DNA of 63,839 nucleotides, counting the filler, from Hyphochytrium catenoides (lineage: Eukaryota; Protista; Hyphochytriomycota), in the NCBI GenBank assembly GCA_900088475.1. It is 8 parts of 8 records of this genome, joined end to end, with 100 filler letters (N's around TTAATTAATTAA, not from the genome) between each part and the next. Parts side by side here need not be neighbours in the genome. Positions count along the whole stretch, not along the records: positions 27,190 to 34,532 come from FLMG01002299.1; positions 34,633 to 40,120 come from FLMG01002867.1; positions 40,221 to 53,935 come from FLMG01000428.1; 5 more parts are not named here. One strand, 5' to 3'. The notes under the pieces are model-generated. The model was not told where the DNA came from. It saw nothing but the letters and a program-made list of their open reading frames with translations, and searched no databases. The position numbers and the translations under genes are program-made. Position 1 is the stretch's first letter, and every line of letters begins with the position of its first letter. Shown here piece by piece: positions 31,658 to 42,718 of this stretch.

Positions 31658-34532
31658 TCAATTGTCATCTCCTTCTTCGTCATCTTCTTCTGTTCCTTCA
31701 GCGGGATTCTTTGCGACAAGAGAGACGATGTCAATGAGCTCGGGGAAGCTGATCTGCATGTCGAGGTCCACCTCCAGACTCTCTAGCAGATGAGAGAGGT
31801 CTGATGGCTGATAGCTCCAGCGCTAATTGGAGAAGGGATGGGAAAGAGAGAGAGAAAGGGGAACAAACAGGAGGGAGAGAGTTGGGAGAGGACGATGTGA
31901 CGGTGGGGTTGGGATTGTGAGAGAGAGGGGAGATGGAGGGAGAGAGAGAGAGAGAGAAAGAGGAGGCAAGATTTATTGAGGCAGGAGAGTAGTGTCGAGA
32001 GGAAGGAGAGAGCAAGAACCGCAATGGAGAAAGCGAGAAGCGTTGAGATTGAAAANNNNNNNNNNNNNNNNNNNNNNNNNNNNNNNNNNNNNNNNNNNNN
32101 NNNNNNNNNNNNNNNNNNNNNNNNNNNNNNNNNNNNNNNNNNNNNNNNNNNNNNNNNNNNNNNNNNNNNNNNNNNNNNNNNNNNNNNNNNNNNNNNNNNN
32201 NNNNNNNNNNNNNNNNNNNNNNNNNNNNNNNNNNNNNNNNNNNNNNNNNNNNNNNNNNNNNNNNNNNNNNNNNNNNNNNNNNNNNNNNNNNNNNNNNNNN
32301 NNNNNNNNNNNNNNNNNNNNNNNNNNNNNNNNNNNNNNNNNNNNNNNNNNNNNNNNNNNNNNNNNNNNNNNNNNNNNNNNNNNNNNNNNNNNNNNNNNNT
32401 CAGCAGAGTCTCAGGCGATGAGTAAGATAAGCAAGGATGAAATGAGCACAGATGAGAGGAGTAGAAGAAAGAGAGAGAAAGAGAGAGAGAGAGAGAAAGA
32501 TTGAGAAGAGCAACGAAGAGGGAGGGCAAGGAAGAAAGATATAGTTAAGGGGGGATCTGGGAGAGAGAATAGCGAGCCATAGGGAGAAGGAGGCAGCAAA
32601 TGAGCCGAGAGAAAGAAGCGACACAGACGAAGAGAGAGCGAGATAGAAAAAGAGAGAGAGAGACAGAGAGAAAGAGAGAGAGAATGGGTGTCACGCTCCT
32701 CTAGACCCAAAGGTATCTTACCAGCCACTTCATGACGCTGTCAATCTGCTTGCACCGAATAGTTCCGGACTTCTGTCTGTCCGCCTGATCGAACGCTTGC
32801 CGCAGCCTCAAGATCTGAGCCTTGCTGAACTCTAAAGCGCCAGCGTCAGGCTCCTGCAGAGCAGCAAGGCCGACAAGGGAGAGGACGGAAGAAGAGAGAA
32901 AATGAAAAGAGGGACCAAGTTAGAGGCAGAAAGAGAGAAAGAAGAGAGAGAGAAGATCGGAAAAGGGTTAGACACATGGAATCATACTTATGGAGACAAG
33001 GGAAAGTAGGAGAGAGTAGGATTCTTGACTCGCTCGTTCCCTTTTTTGTCTAGCCCTCACTCTCTCCTACTTTCTCTCTCTCTCTATTTTACTCTTCTCT
33101 TTGTCTCTCTCGTTTCTCTCTCTTCTTGTTCCTCTCTCTTGTCTCCCTTTTCTATTCTGCTTCAGGTCTCTCTTCGTCCTTATCCCTTCTCTTGCTTTCT
33201 TCCCCTTGCTGCCAATTCACCTGCGAGGAGTCTCCTGTCATCTCCGTTGAGCGGGCCTGGCGGATCTCTGCCACAGTGTCGTCCACCACGCGCTCAGGAG
33301 TGAGTAACTCCAGCTGAAAAAGAGAACGGGGGAAGAGAGAGAGGATCGAGAGGGATTGAGGACGATTTGAAGGGAGAAAATGAGTAAGACAAGCGGAAGG
33401 AAGGGGAGAGAAGAAGGAAGCGGTGGAGAAGAGAGAGAGAGAGAGATGAGAGACAAAGAGAGAAAGTAAATAGAAAGCGAAGGAGAGAGAGAACGAGAGC
33501 GAGAATGAGGTAGGTGTGGACACATCCGTGACAGAGGAGAGCGAGGCTATGACCAGGGCTGAGGCCAAGGAGAGTGTAAGTGAGTGCCAGTTCCTTCCTA
33601 AATATCTAAGGAGAGAGAAGGAACTAAAGAGAGAGAGAGTCGCACCTTGGGCAAGTCAAATCTGTCTCTTGGATCTTGTTCCTCCCGCGAAGCAGCACTG
33701 AAGTCTCTCTCTTCTCCATCAGAGTAGGTCTAGAGCGAAAAGAGATGTTGAATGAGAGATCAAGAGCGCTGGAAATGTAAGGGCTGAGAGAGACAAAGAG
33801 AGAAGAGAGAGGGTGCGAGAAACAGAGAGAGAGAGAGAGAGACAGAGACAGAGAGAAAAGAGGGAGAGAGAGGGCGAGGACAGAGCGCGAGAGAAATAGA
33901 GAGACAGAGAAATGAGAAGGAAGGAGAGATCCAACTGACCCCGCATTTGGCGACATTCTGGACCCATTCTCCTTCGTACACTTTCCTCGTCGACGCGTAG
34001 AAATACCGGCCAGGACCCTCCTTGACATCATTGTACCAGCTGCCCTCATACCGGTCACCGGAAGCTAAACAAGCAGATGCGAGAAAGACAAAGAGAGAGG
34101 AAGAGAGAAGAGAAGAGAAAGAAGAGAGACTGTGTTGTGAGAGCACACCGAGAGAAAAAAAACGAGAGCGAGAGCGAGAGCGAGAGCGAGAGAGCGAGAG
34201 AGAGAGAGAGAGAGAGAGAAAGAGATGCTTGGGAATAGGAAAAGAGAGTGACGAAAGAAGAAGGAACAGAGCTAGATCGAGATATACAGAGCGAGAGGAA
34301 AGATAGAACAGGAAGAAAGAAGACGAGACGCAGAGCTTGTCACCTGTGGAAGTGGGCAGGAAGGAAAGCGGACGAAGAGAGAGGAGAAGATGCCTAGAAA
34401 GAGAGAAAAGAAGAGAGAAGAGAAGAGAGAGACCGTCCAGCGCTATAGACAGAGGAGGAAACACTGGAGAAGAAGCCTCTGACCTAGGAAGAGCACTCCG
34501 TAGCCGCAGCGTTTGTCATCCTTCCACGCGCC
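31658..34532 (-). CDS. MORN-repeat protein (MORN3-like) with C-terminal EF-hand-like pair, 5' end cut by contig break
   Basis: Exons GAWKDDKRCGYGVLFL / SGDRYEGSWYNDVKEGPGRYFYASTRKVYEGEWVQNVAKCG / LELLTPERVV.. / LRQAFDQADRQKSGTI / LEVDLDMQISFPELIDIV..-TGA. Confidence 0.85.
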
Positions 34533-34632
34533 NNNNNNNNNNNNNNNNNNNNNNNNNNNNNNNNNNNNNNNNNNNNTTAATTAATTAANNNNNNNNNNNN
34601 NNNNNNNNNNNNNNNNNNNNNNNNNNNNNNNN

Positions 34633-36793
34633 ATCATAAAGGAGAAGGAGCCATGTATGGCAACATGAGGATCTCTTAGTCCCAAGAGCTCGGCGCGGGA
34701 GGCGTATCCCTTATCCCCTATGGCCTCCCGTCGTTAGTCCCGCTTCGGGGTGTGGGGGCCTTGTTCACATTACTAAGGTAAAGAAGCAGGCCTAAGAGAG
34801 AAGTAGTGACGAACAGCTGAATTGGGAACGGAGAGCGTAGGGCCAAGGACGGTTGTACGAGGAAGGCAATTACTGAGGTAGCCATATACCAGCAATCAGC
34901 ACTAGGCGGTTGTTCGAGAGGCTAAGCAACTGCCGAACGGTGGCGAAGGCTCCGATAGGGATGAGAAAGGAGAGATCGCTCGCATCTTTTCCCTCCAGAT
35001 AGCTCTGTAGAACTCTGCAAGAGTGCATTAGATAGGGGCTAAGAGTAATGAGCTCGCCCAGAACAGAAGAGTGCTACTTTGATCAGTAGGACGGTAGCGG
35101 CAGATATGATAGGAACACAAGGAAGAATGAGGACGAAGGCGTGAGAAGAGAAGAAGGGGGGCGGGGAGGGGAAAGAATATGAGGACGAGTCATACTTATA
35201 ATGTAGCTAGAGAAAACTGAGGGCTGAAAGCGAACCTGTTCCACTTCGGATCTTCGTATTGTTTAGCCTTACACGGAAGGTAATCCCATTTTAGCCAGAG
35301 CTTCTTGATGAGAGACGGGTCCAACCGCTCTTCGTCTGGAACCTCTCTTTGAGTGATCACGCTACAACGTCCTTCCTGCGGTAGGCAGAAGACGAGTCAT
35401 TAGTGCAAAGAGCAAGGGAGAAAAGAAGATGACGAGTAATGCGAGAAAGAGCGTTTCTGCCAAGGGATCAATTCAATAGCAGCATCCTCTGTCGAGACGC
35501 GTTTCGTCAAAATAAGAGACGGTATTAATATACTACCTGCAGTTGTCCGTCCATCCTATGGTAGAAATCGTGCTTCAGAGTGTCAAAGAGATAGTTAGCG
35601 ATCGCAATCACTGGGTGGACGACCTCAGCGGCAGTAAGGCGCCGCTTTGACTCCGTAAGGTAGAGCTCTGTCACAGTTTCAACCTCTGCAGAGGCGGACG
35701 GAGCCAAGGGCAAAAGTTAGTGACCTAGCGTCCATAGGTAGGATAAGATAGAGGGCACAAGATACAAAAGAACAAGAGGTGAAGAGAGTCCTGAGTGGCA
35801 AAAAGAGCGAAACGCCATAGGAAATGCAGGGTTGCAGGCAGCCTGAGATGAGCCTTAACGACAGTAACAAGGGAAGTCGGGAGTCTATCTCCGTCATTGC
35901 CAGAAACCCACAAGGAAGCAGACGCAACGTTCAAATGCGCAGCTTCATCGCGTAAGTGGTAGGCGACAAGACGGGCAATGTACCAGAATACGCTGGGGAG
36001 AGGAAAGTAAGAAGGATGAGAGAGGGACAGAGTGCGGTTAAGTTCCCACCGACGACTGCAAAATCCATTATTCCTCTGTCTATTAGCGGTCGCATCGGTG
36101 GCTGAGTCTGCCAGTACTCTACATTTGACATGGTGAAGTCTGTCAGCACGACCTTAAAGGGACAGCTACCCTCTGGCCATCCTCTCGGCCAGAACTCTTC
36201 GTACTTCAGAAGAAACTTGGCAATCAGAAAGCCTAGCTTTCCATGCCCAGCACCTAACTCGAGAATATACAGAGGTTCAACGTTTTGCACAGCTTCTGTT
36301 CCCGTGGGTTTGCTGTGGCAGCGGCAGAGTGATTAGGCCCGCTCAATTCTTAGCGATGCTGAAACGGAGGGCTGATGCCGTGAAGCCATATAAAGGATAG
36401 ATAAGCAAAAAGAGGGTAGAGTAGAGAGAATCCGACAAACGATGAACACAGAGCGATTAACGTCATCAACGTACCTGCCAAAGTGGTCCCTGGCAAAGGC
36501 TAGAATGCTTTTCGCGATGCCATGAGCAATGAAGCAATTGCTACTGACAAACTGCGGCACCTCACCGTCAGACCTATTTTTGGAGAGAACGCACAGCAGC
36601 AAGCAAACCTGGTTAGAGGGGATTTGGAACGCAGGCAAAGATGAATAGAAGGCACAGAGTAGAGAGCAAGAGAAGAGTGGTGGGCATGAATGATATACCA
36701 GCAACGCGGTCCCTGACTGTCATAATATGCGAGCTGAAGCTGCCATATCAGGCTCTCCGAGAGGCGGCGGGTATCTTCCAGTATCGCAGGCAT
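34633..36793 (-). CDS. SAM-dependent methyltransferase, MidA/NDUFAF7 (DUF185)-like, bacterial TPR-associated subtype; 3' end cut by contig break
   Basis: RLSESLIWQLQLAYY..G..WSDGEVPQFVSSN; motif I YILELGAGHGKLGF; VLTDF; IANYLFDTLKHD; DKGY..HGSFSFM. Confidence 0.85.
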
Positions 36794-37557
36794 CGCTCAA
36801 AGCACGTATGACGGTAAGCATAAAACAATCTTCCCAATGTTAGCGATGCCTTGGCAAGGAGTGCTCTGCAGACCCGTGATCCCTCTCTACGAGCGCCAAT
36901 CACCATACACCGGCCTTCCCACCTCCGCCTTCATATCACACTTGCTCCACCAAAGCAGCCGCAATGCCAATATGGCAGACTTCACATCCGCTGCTGGAGC
37001 AAGCACCTTTAGATTTTAATGAGCTCCAGAGGAGTACCGAACTCCCGCGCGCATCCAAAGTCAGCCACTGTCAGTGCCCGATGACCGACGACCAGCAAGC
37101 AGAGAACAGCGCGCGCGATCAAGTGCCAATCTCTGAGGTGCACCATCAAAGCAGCTGTTCAAGGCCTTTCCTATCAGCTCATCATCAGTCACACACAACA
37201 CGACAAACTACAACCAGTGGGGAGATTATTCCACATAATCGTCAGGAGGAGCGATAACGTTCCAGATAAAATGCGTTCAGATTTTGTACAGTAGGCACCG
37301 ATGCAGTTGAAGCTGTGGCGCTGACCGATCTTCTCCGTCAAGGATATTCATCATTCATCATCCACCGCCAAAGCAGCATCTTCCAGCGCTCGCAGACTTC
37401 AAGGCTTGGCTCTCTGGCCTTCTTCATTTCTTCATAGACCGGGAAGTAGTCACGGGTCTTGCGAGCAACGCAGCGGAGAAGTGGTGCCCAGAGGAGGAGC
37501 GTTGGACCAAGAGAGACAAGCGCGGCGGTCATGAAGTAGTTATGATACCTCACACGC

Positions 37558-37831
37558 GGAATAGACGTACGGAAAGAAATAGCTGGTCCTACCGCCCACC
37601 CTTGGATGCTGATGGCCGGCGGCAAGAATGGTCCGATGTCAGGAAGTATGTTGCGATCGCAAGGTGCTCGCTACGGCAGGCATTAGGCTAACATTGGGAG
37701 AGACACTTGTCAATTTCGTCTATTGTGGGCGTCAGCATAGTAGCACTGTTTCGCGTTGGCCTACTTGCAGCGGCCATCAGCATTCAACGGTGGGTGGTAG
37801 AACCAGCTATTCCCTTTCGTACGTCTATTCC
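37558..37831. repeat. Long imperfect inverted repeat (61-bp arms, 152-nt loop); pre-miRNA/hpRNA-like foldback
   Basis: Arms 37558-37618 and 37771-37831 are reverse-complementary at 54/61 positions with no gaps. Confidence 0.9.
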
Positions 37832-39359
37832 CCGGTTCGTCGGAGACATCGACAACGTCGTCCTTAGTTTTCGCTCCTAGCTCGACATCTACTCTATAAA
37901 GAGCCGTAGGGCGATCATCTCAATTGTGCCGTCCTGCCTTTCCTTAACAAACGTTTTGATTGACCCCACCACGCTTGGAAACAAGAGTTATCATAGACTG
38001 CCTCTGGCGCCATCCTCGACAGCCACCATCATACTTCTTGCACGTGTTGAAACGACTGAGCAACAAACTTTTCGATGCTTCCTTGGCCGTCTTGTTGTCT
38101 AAAGCAATCATCTCATGGAAAACCGGCCATCTCAGAAGTCGTTGTCTAGACTGCATCCAAAGGTCGTTTCTCGGATGCTCCTTCTCCTTCTCTAAACTGG
38201 CCTTCTTGCTGATACGGCAGCGGCCAAGAATGAGGCTGTGTTCACAAAGCACCTCTGAGTATTGAGCATTCCTTCTAAAGCCTGAGCCCTTCACTCGGCT
38301 TCCACTTTAGCTACCGCTACTCGTTAAAGAAGTCAGCAGATCCTCGAGGCTCTGTTAGGAGAGTTGCCTGAGTTGAGGTGGGACTGGCGGCGTCGGACGG
38401 AACTCTATCGAGGCGCCCACAGTTCTTACAATACTATCGGTCTCGAGGGACTTAGGACACGCATTCCTTTAAAGCAATATCGATGGTCGTCTCTCTCAGC
38501 CTCCTTTGCTTCCTGGCCGATGAGAAGAAGGTTGAGGAGGTTTGCCGCATGTTGCGCGCTAATCAAACTATCAGGTTTGCCGCTTAGAGAGTAACAACCT
38601 ATTGCGAGAGTGGTGGGAAAACTCTCAAAAATCCCCATAGCTACTGCCGCTTCTCCCTGTCAGCGATGCGTTGATCTGCATCTTCACTCAACCTTGCTCC
38701 CAGCCTTGGGATAGAACTTGCAAGTCACCTCACACAGCGCCAGCAGAAGAGCCTGCCAAGCGTCTAACACATGCATTCGCGGAGCTTTCTTGGTTGCTAA
38801 GAGGACTTTCTGTGGGCCATCCCACCAGATCTCGTTTCGTGGCGAAGCGGATTAAGTAGGCCCAAGAGCGCAATCAAGGCCTGGCGTCAGAGCTGAGCTT
38901 TGACTGTGATATCTTACGACTGGCATCTTAATGAAGGCCTTCATTAGCTGAGATAAGAAGCGATCTGCTTGGTCTTTGAGTTGTTGCTGCAGAACTGCGA
39001 GTACGTACTCCGCCATCTGGATTCCATGCCATCATTGGAAGGAAGGAAAGTCAAAGTCATCATCATTGGGATGTTGGGACACTTCCTCCGAGGCCTGGAC
39101 ACCAAAAGCCTCAGTACGTTTCGCCTTTGTTATTTATTGACGTGCGAAAGCCCGTTCTCTGTGGGTTTTATGACTTGAGAATCATCGGGCGAGCGTGTAA
39201 CGGTAATAAAAAGAGTTCTTCGATGTGTAGAGACAGATGAGAGACAAGACAGAGACGCGGATCCCACGAAGACTGAGGAGGCTCTTTCATCCGGAAAGAG
39301 TTTTATGAAGAGCGGGGAGACAGACAGAGAAGAAAAGAGGAAAGGACTGAGGCTGAATC

Positions 39360-39900
39360 CTTGGCAGAGTTCGACTGGCACCAAGCACTGAGCTTGATTG
39401 TTGAGGGTAGAGTTCACTCTGTCCTTGCCTTGAGGAGGAGGACTGAAGGCGGTTCTCAGGACAGGGGTTCAGCTCCTGCGGAGGACTGGGCGTTGCTCAT
39501 CAGAACCGAGTTCGACGCGCGCCATGCCCTACGACCTGAGTCTTGTACACTAGGACAGAGTTCAAGCGGAGCCCTGTTTATTAATCTACTGGAAGCTCCT
39601 AAATCAAGAAAACTCAGCCTTCAAGCTTGTTGTTGGCGACGCTAAGGCTTCAAGAAGTAGAGCTCCACGACCCAGAGAGAGTGCACAGCAACCAATAAGA
39701 GGGGTAAGGGAGGCAAAGAAGAACAAGGACTTTGGACCTTCACATTGAGGAGGTGAAGGGAGTTGTGGAAGCACGATAATCAATCTCAGAACGGTACGCC
39801 TTCGTTGGAGCTTCATCCTAGTCAGTACCAGTCGCGGCAAGCCTAGGGGTGATGCGGTGTTACCTATAAGCGCTTGGAGCACCTTCAGCTGCGGCAATTA
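39360..39900 (-). pseudogene. Degenerate leucine-rich-repeat coding remnant
   Basis: Frameshifted fragments LPQLKVL..GN/RIT, LSVANNKLEG*, ELN..ENRLQS and ELY/LNNQ..PVELCQ resemble LxxLxLxxNxL units. Degenerate DNA repeats anchored on GAGTTC occur at 39368-39563. Confidence 0.4.
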
Positions 39901-40220
39901 TATGTTGAGAGTCTCGCCCTTGGCAGCGCCGCCCTGCAAGATGGCGCTAAAGGGCCCCCTTCTGACTGGCTTTGTCGCGCGCGTGCGGCACGGGGCACAG
40001 CGTGTGGCAGCGACGTGTATCGGAGATAGTTTGAGACCCTTTACGAGACCAACCTCCAGAACATTATACACGAGGAACTCTTATAAAAGTGGCGGCATTG
40101 GAGATCCATTGAACGCCCTTNNNNNNNNNNNNNNNNNNNNNNNNNNNNNNNNNNNNNNNNNNNNTTAATTAATTAANNNNNNNNNNNNNNNNNNNNNNNN
40201 NNNNNNNNNNNNNNNNNNNN

Positions 40221-40265
<45 letters not shown>

Positions 40266-40539
40266 CAGAGAGAGAGAGACAGAGTGAAAGAGAGAGAGAG
40301 AGTGAATTAGAGGGACAGAAAGAGAAAGAGAGGGAGAGATAAAGGAGTAAAGCGGCAGTAACTTGCAAAAGATGCCAAACTAAAGAATTGGCGTCAAACG
40401 CAGAGGAATGAGGGCTCAAGGCTCTCAGACAGAGACAGAGAGAGTGTGAGACAAAGATACTATAAGAGAAAGGGTTAAAAAAGAGGTAGAGAGAGGTAGA
40501 GAGAGAGAGAGTGAGAGAGAGAGAGAGAGAGATATGATC

Positions 40540-40696
40540 TGAACTCACTAAGGATCCCAGTAACTGAGCACTTCCTTCTCGCCCTTCTGAAGGGCGGCAG
40601 CCGAATCTTGAACTCAATATATTTGCAGCAGAGAGTGACCAGCAGGACAGTCACGAGCCCTGTGGCCAAAGTGATATCCTTACTCCGCAGCTCCAT
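40540..40696 (-). CDS. Possible first exon of a membrane-anchored protein (MELRSKDITLATGLVTVLLVTLCCKY..), truncated
   Basis: ATG, hydrophobic segment, basic tail and a GTGAGT donor followed by a CT-rich intron. No recognisable family. Confidence 0.3.
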
Positions 40697-41299
40697 CTCT
40701 CTCTCTCTCTTTCTCTCTCTCTCCCTACGCTATTGTGCTCTCTATTCTTGTCTCTCTCTCTCTTCCAGTAGCTGGCGCCCGGTGGGCAGTATCGCCCCTA
40801 CGGAAGGGAGGATGACTGATTGATTGCCTTCATCTTTCTCTTTCTATGTCAGCTCTCAAGCCATCCTCAGATCTTTTCTGCCTTTCCCTTCCGTAAACTT
40901 CGACCGTGTCTCTCCTTGAGATAGCGGGCTCGGCACTCTCCTCTTTCCTCCTGGCCTGTCTCTTTCCTTTCCTTAGCTGCTTCTGCCGTCAGCTTCCCCT
41001 CTTTCTGTTCTCTCTCTGTCTCTCTCTTGTCTCGTTTCTCTCTTCTTCCTCCCTCTTTTCTCTCTCTTCTCTAAAGCCCCAGTTTCCTCTTGGTAATAAA
41101 GCTGTGCACTGTTCCCGCTTTCCATGCACTGCAGGTCGCGCATCAGAATCATAAGAACTCATGAAGAGTGAACTGGCCGGCAAGCGAAGACGGCATAATA
41201 GAGCGGGGAGAGAGAGAGAGAGAGATCAGAGGGAAAAAGAAGGGGAGAGAGAGCGAGCGAAAGGCGGACCAGGGAGAACTGAGAGAAGAGACCGGAGAG

Positions 41300-41348
<49 letters not shown>

Positions 41349-41427
41349 GAAAGAAAAAGAGAGAGGGACAAAGAGAGAGAGAGGAAGAGAGAAGAGACGG
41401 GAGAGCAAGAGAGAAGAGACGGGAGAG

Positions 41428-41462
<35 letters not shown>

Positions 41463-41515
41463 AAAAGAGAGAGGGGCAAAGAGAGAGAGAGGAAGAGAGA
41501 AGAGACGGGAGAGCA

Positions 41516-41551
<36 letters not shown>

Positions 41552-42718
41552 AAAGAGAGAGAGGGAGAAAGAGAGAGATGGACGAAGACAGGCTTTATGA
41601 GACCAAGAAGAGTAACAAGAGAGATGTGTTACTATAGGTAATAGCTATTATGAGTCGAGGAAGAGGCTTCATAGAGCTCCGTGTTAATTTTAAGCAAGCT
41701 CTTTAGGGCTAAACAATGCGTCAATCCTAGGCTGGTCCTTGCCGAATCCAGCTGTAATATCGCTCTAAGTACTTTACTATCTCTAGACGCGGACCCTTAT
41801 ACTACTATATCTTAGACTCTGCGACAACATCAGGAGAAGTTATCGTATATGATGATTTTTGACAAGTGACTGAAGCGTCACAGAGGAAGATTGAAAAAGA
41901 GAGAGAGAGAGAGAGAGAATAACAGAGAGAGAGAGAGAGAATAACAGAGAGAGAGAGAATAACCGAGAGAGAGAGAGAGGCGCAAAGAGAGAGAGAGAAA
42001 GGAGACGACGCCAATAGTGCAGACAGGAAAGGGACAAGGCAGAACCACATTTCTGTCGCCAGAAAAAAAAGAAACCCACAGACGCTGATCTAGGAAGAGC
42101 GCTAAGTTATCGACAAACGTCAGAAAGCGGCACCAAGCAGCCCAAGGCGAGTCAAGGGTAAGGGAGACTGGGATGTGCCGGTGCAACGATCCGAGACATA
42201 CTAGAAGGGAATCGGCCTTGCAGCACGCTAGCGCAGCCCCCGGGTTCTGCTATAACGCTGAAGACCCGAGAGGGAAGAAATTGCCAAAGAGAGATGAGAG
42301 AGACACTGGGTAGAATAGGACCAGGAATCTGAGAAGTAACTTTCAGAGATAGTGACCAGGTGTGTGGAGACGAGAGAAGAAGGAAAGATGGGCTATGTGT
42401 GGGTCTCAGTCACTGTTCAACTGCCATTAGAGGAGGAGAAGAGACTCCCTATACGGCACTATGTACGCCTGAGAGTGGTGTGTCTAAAGCGGTGAGACAT
42501 TTTGCCAGAAACCGAGAGCAAGAGAGAGAGAGAAAGCCGGAAAAAAGAGGTGGGAGGTCACCCAGAGCGAACCCTGCTCTACATCGATATGTAAAAGGGG
42601 CAACCCCGAGCGCTGAGTAGCAGCTACTGCCAAAAGAAGGCGACAGGAGAGAAGGAAGCAGGAGGTAAAGGCCAACAGGGAATCCTAAGAGAGAGAGAGA
42701 GCTAGTCCTTGGTATCTC

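Noticed and set aside
31795-31825. Apparent frameshift at the last MORN-gene exon (programmed frameshift or editing)
   Set aside because: Explained equally well by a downstream CAG acceptor, an exon hidden in the 32056-32399 gap, or a 1-nt sequencing error.
37558-37831. SRP (7SL) RNA interpretation of the foldback
   Set aside because: No helix-8 AGG..GNRA..AGCA motif or Alu domain found on either strand.
38929-38946. Perfect 18-bp palindrome TAATGAAGGCCTTCATTA
   Set aside because: About 0.2 such palindromes are expected by chance in 60 kb, and there is no supporting context.
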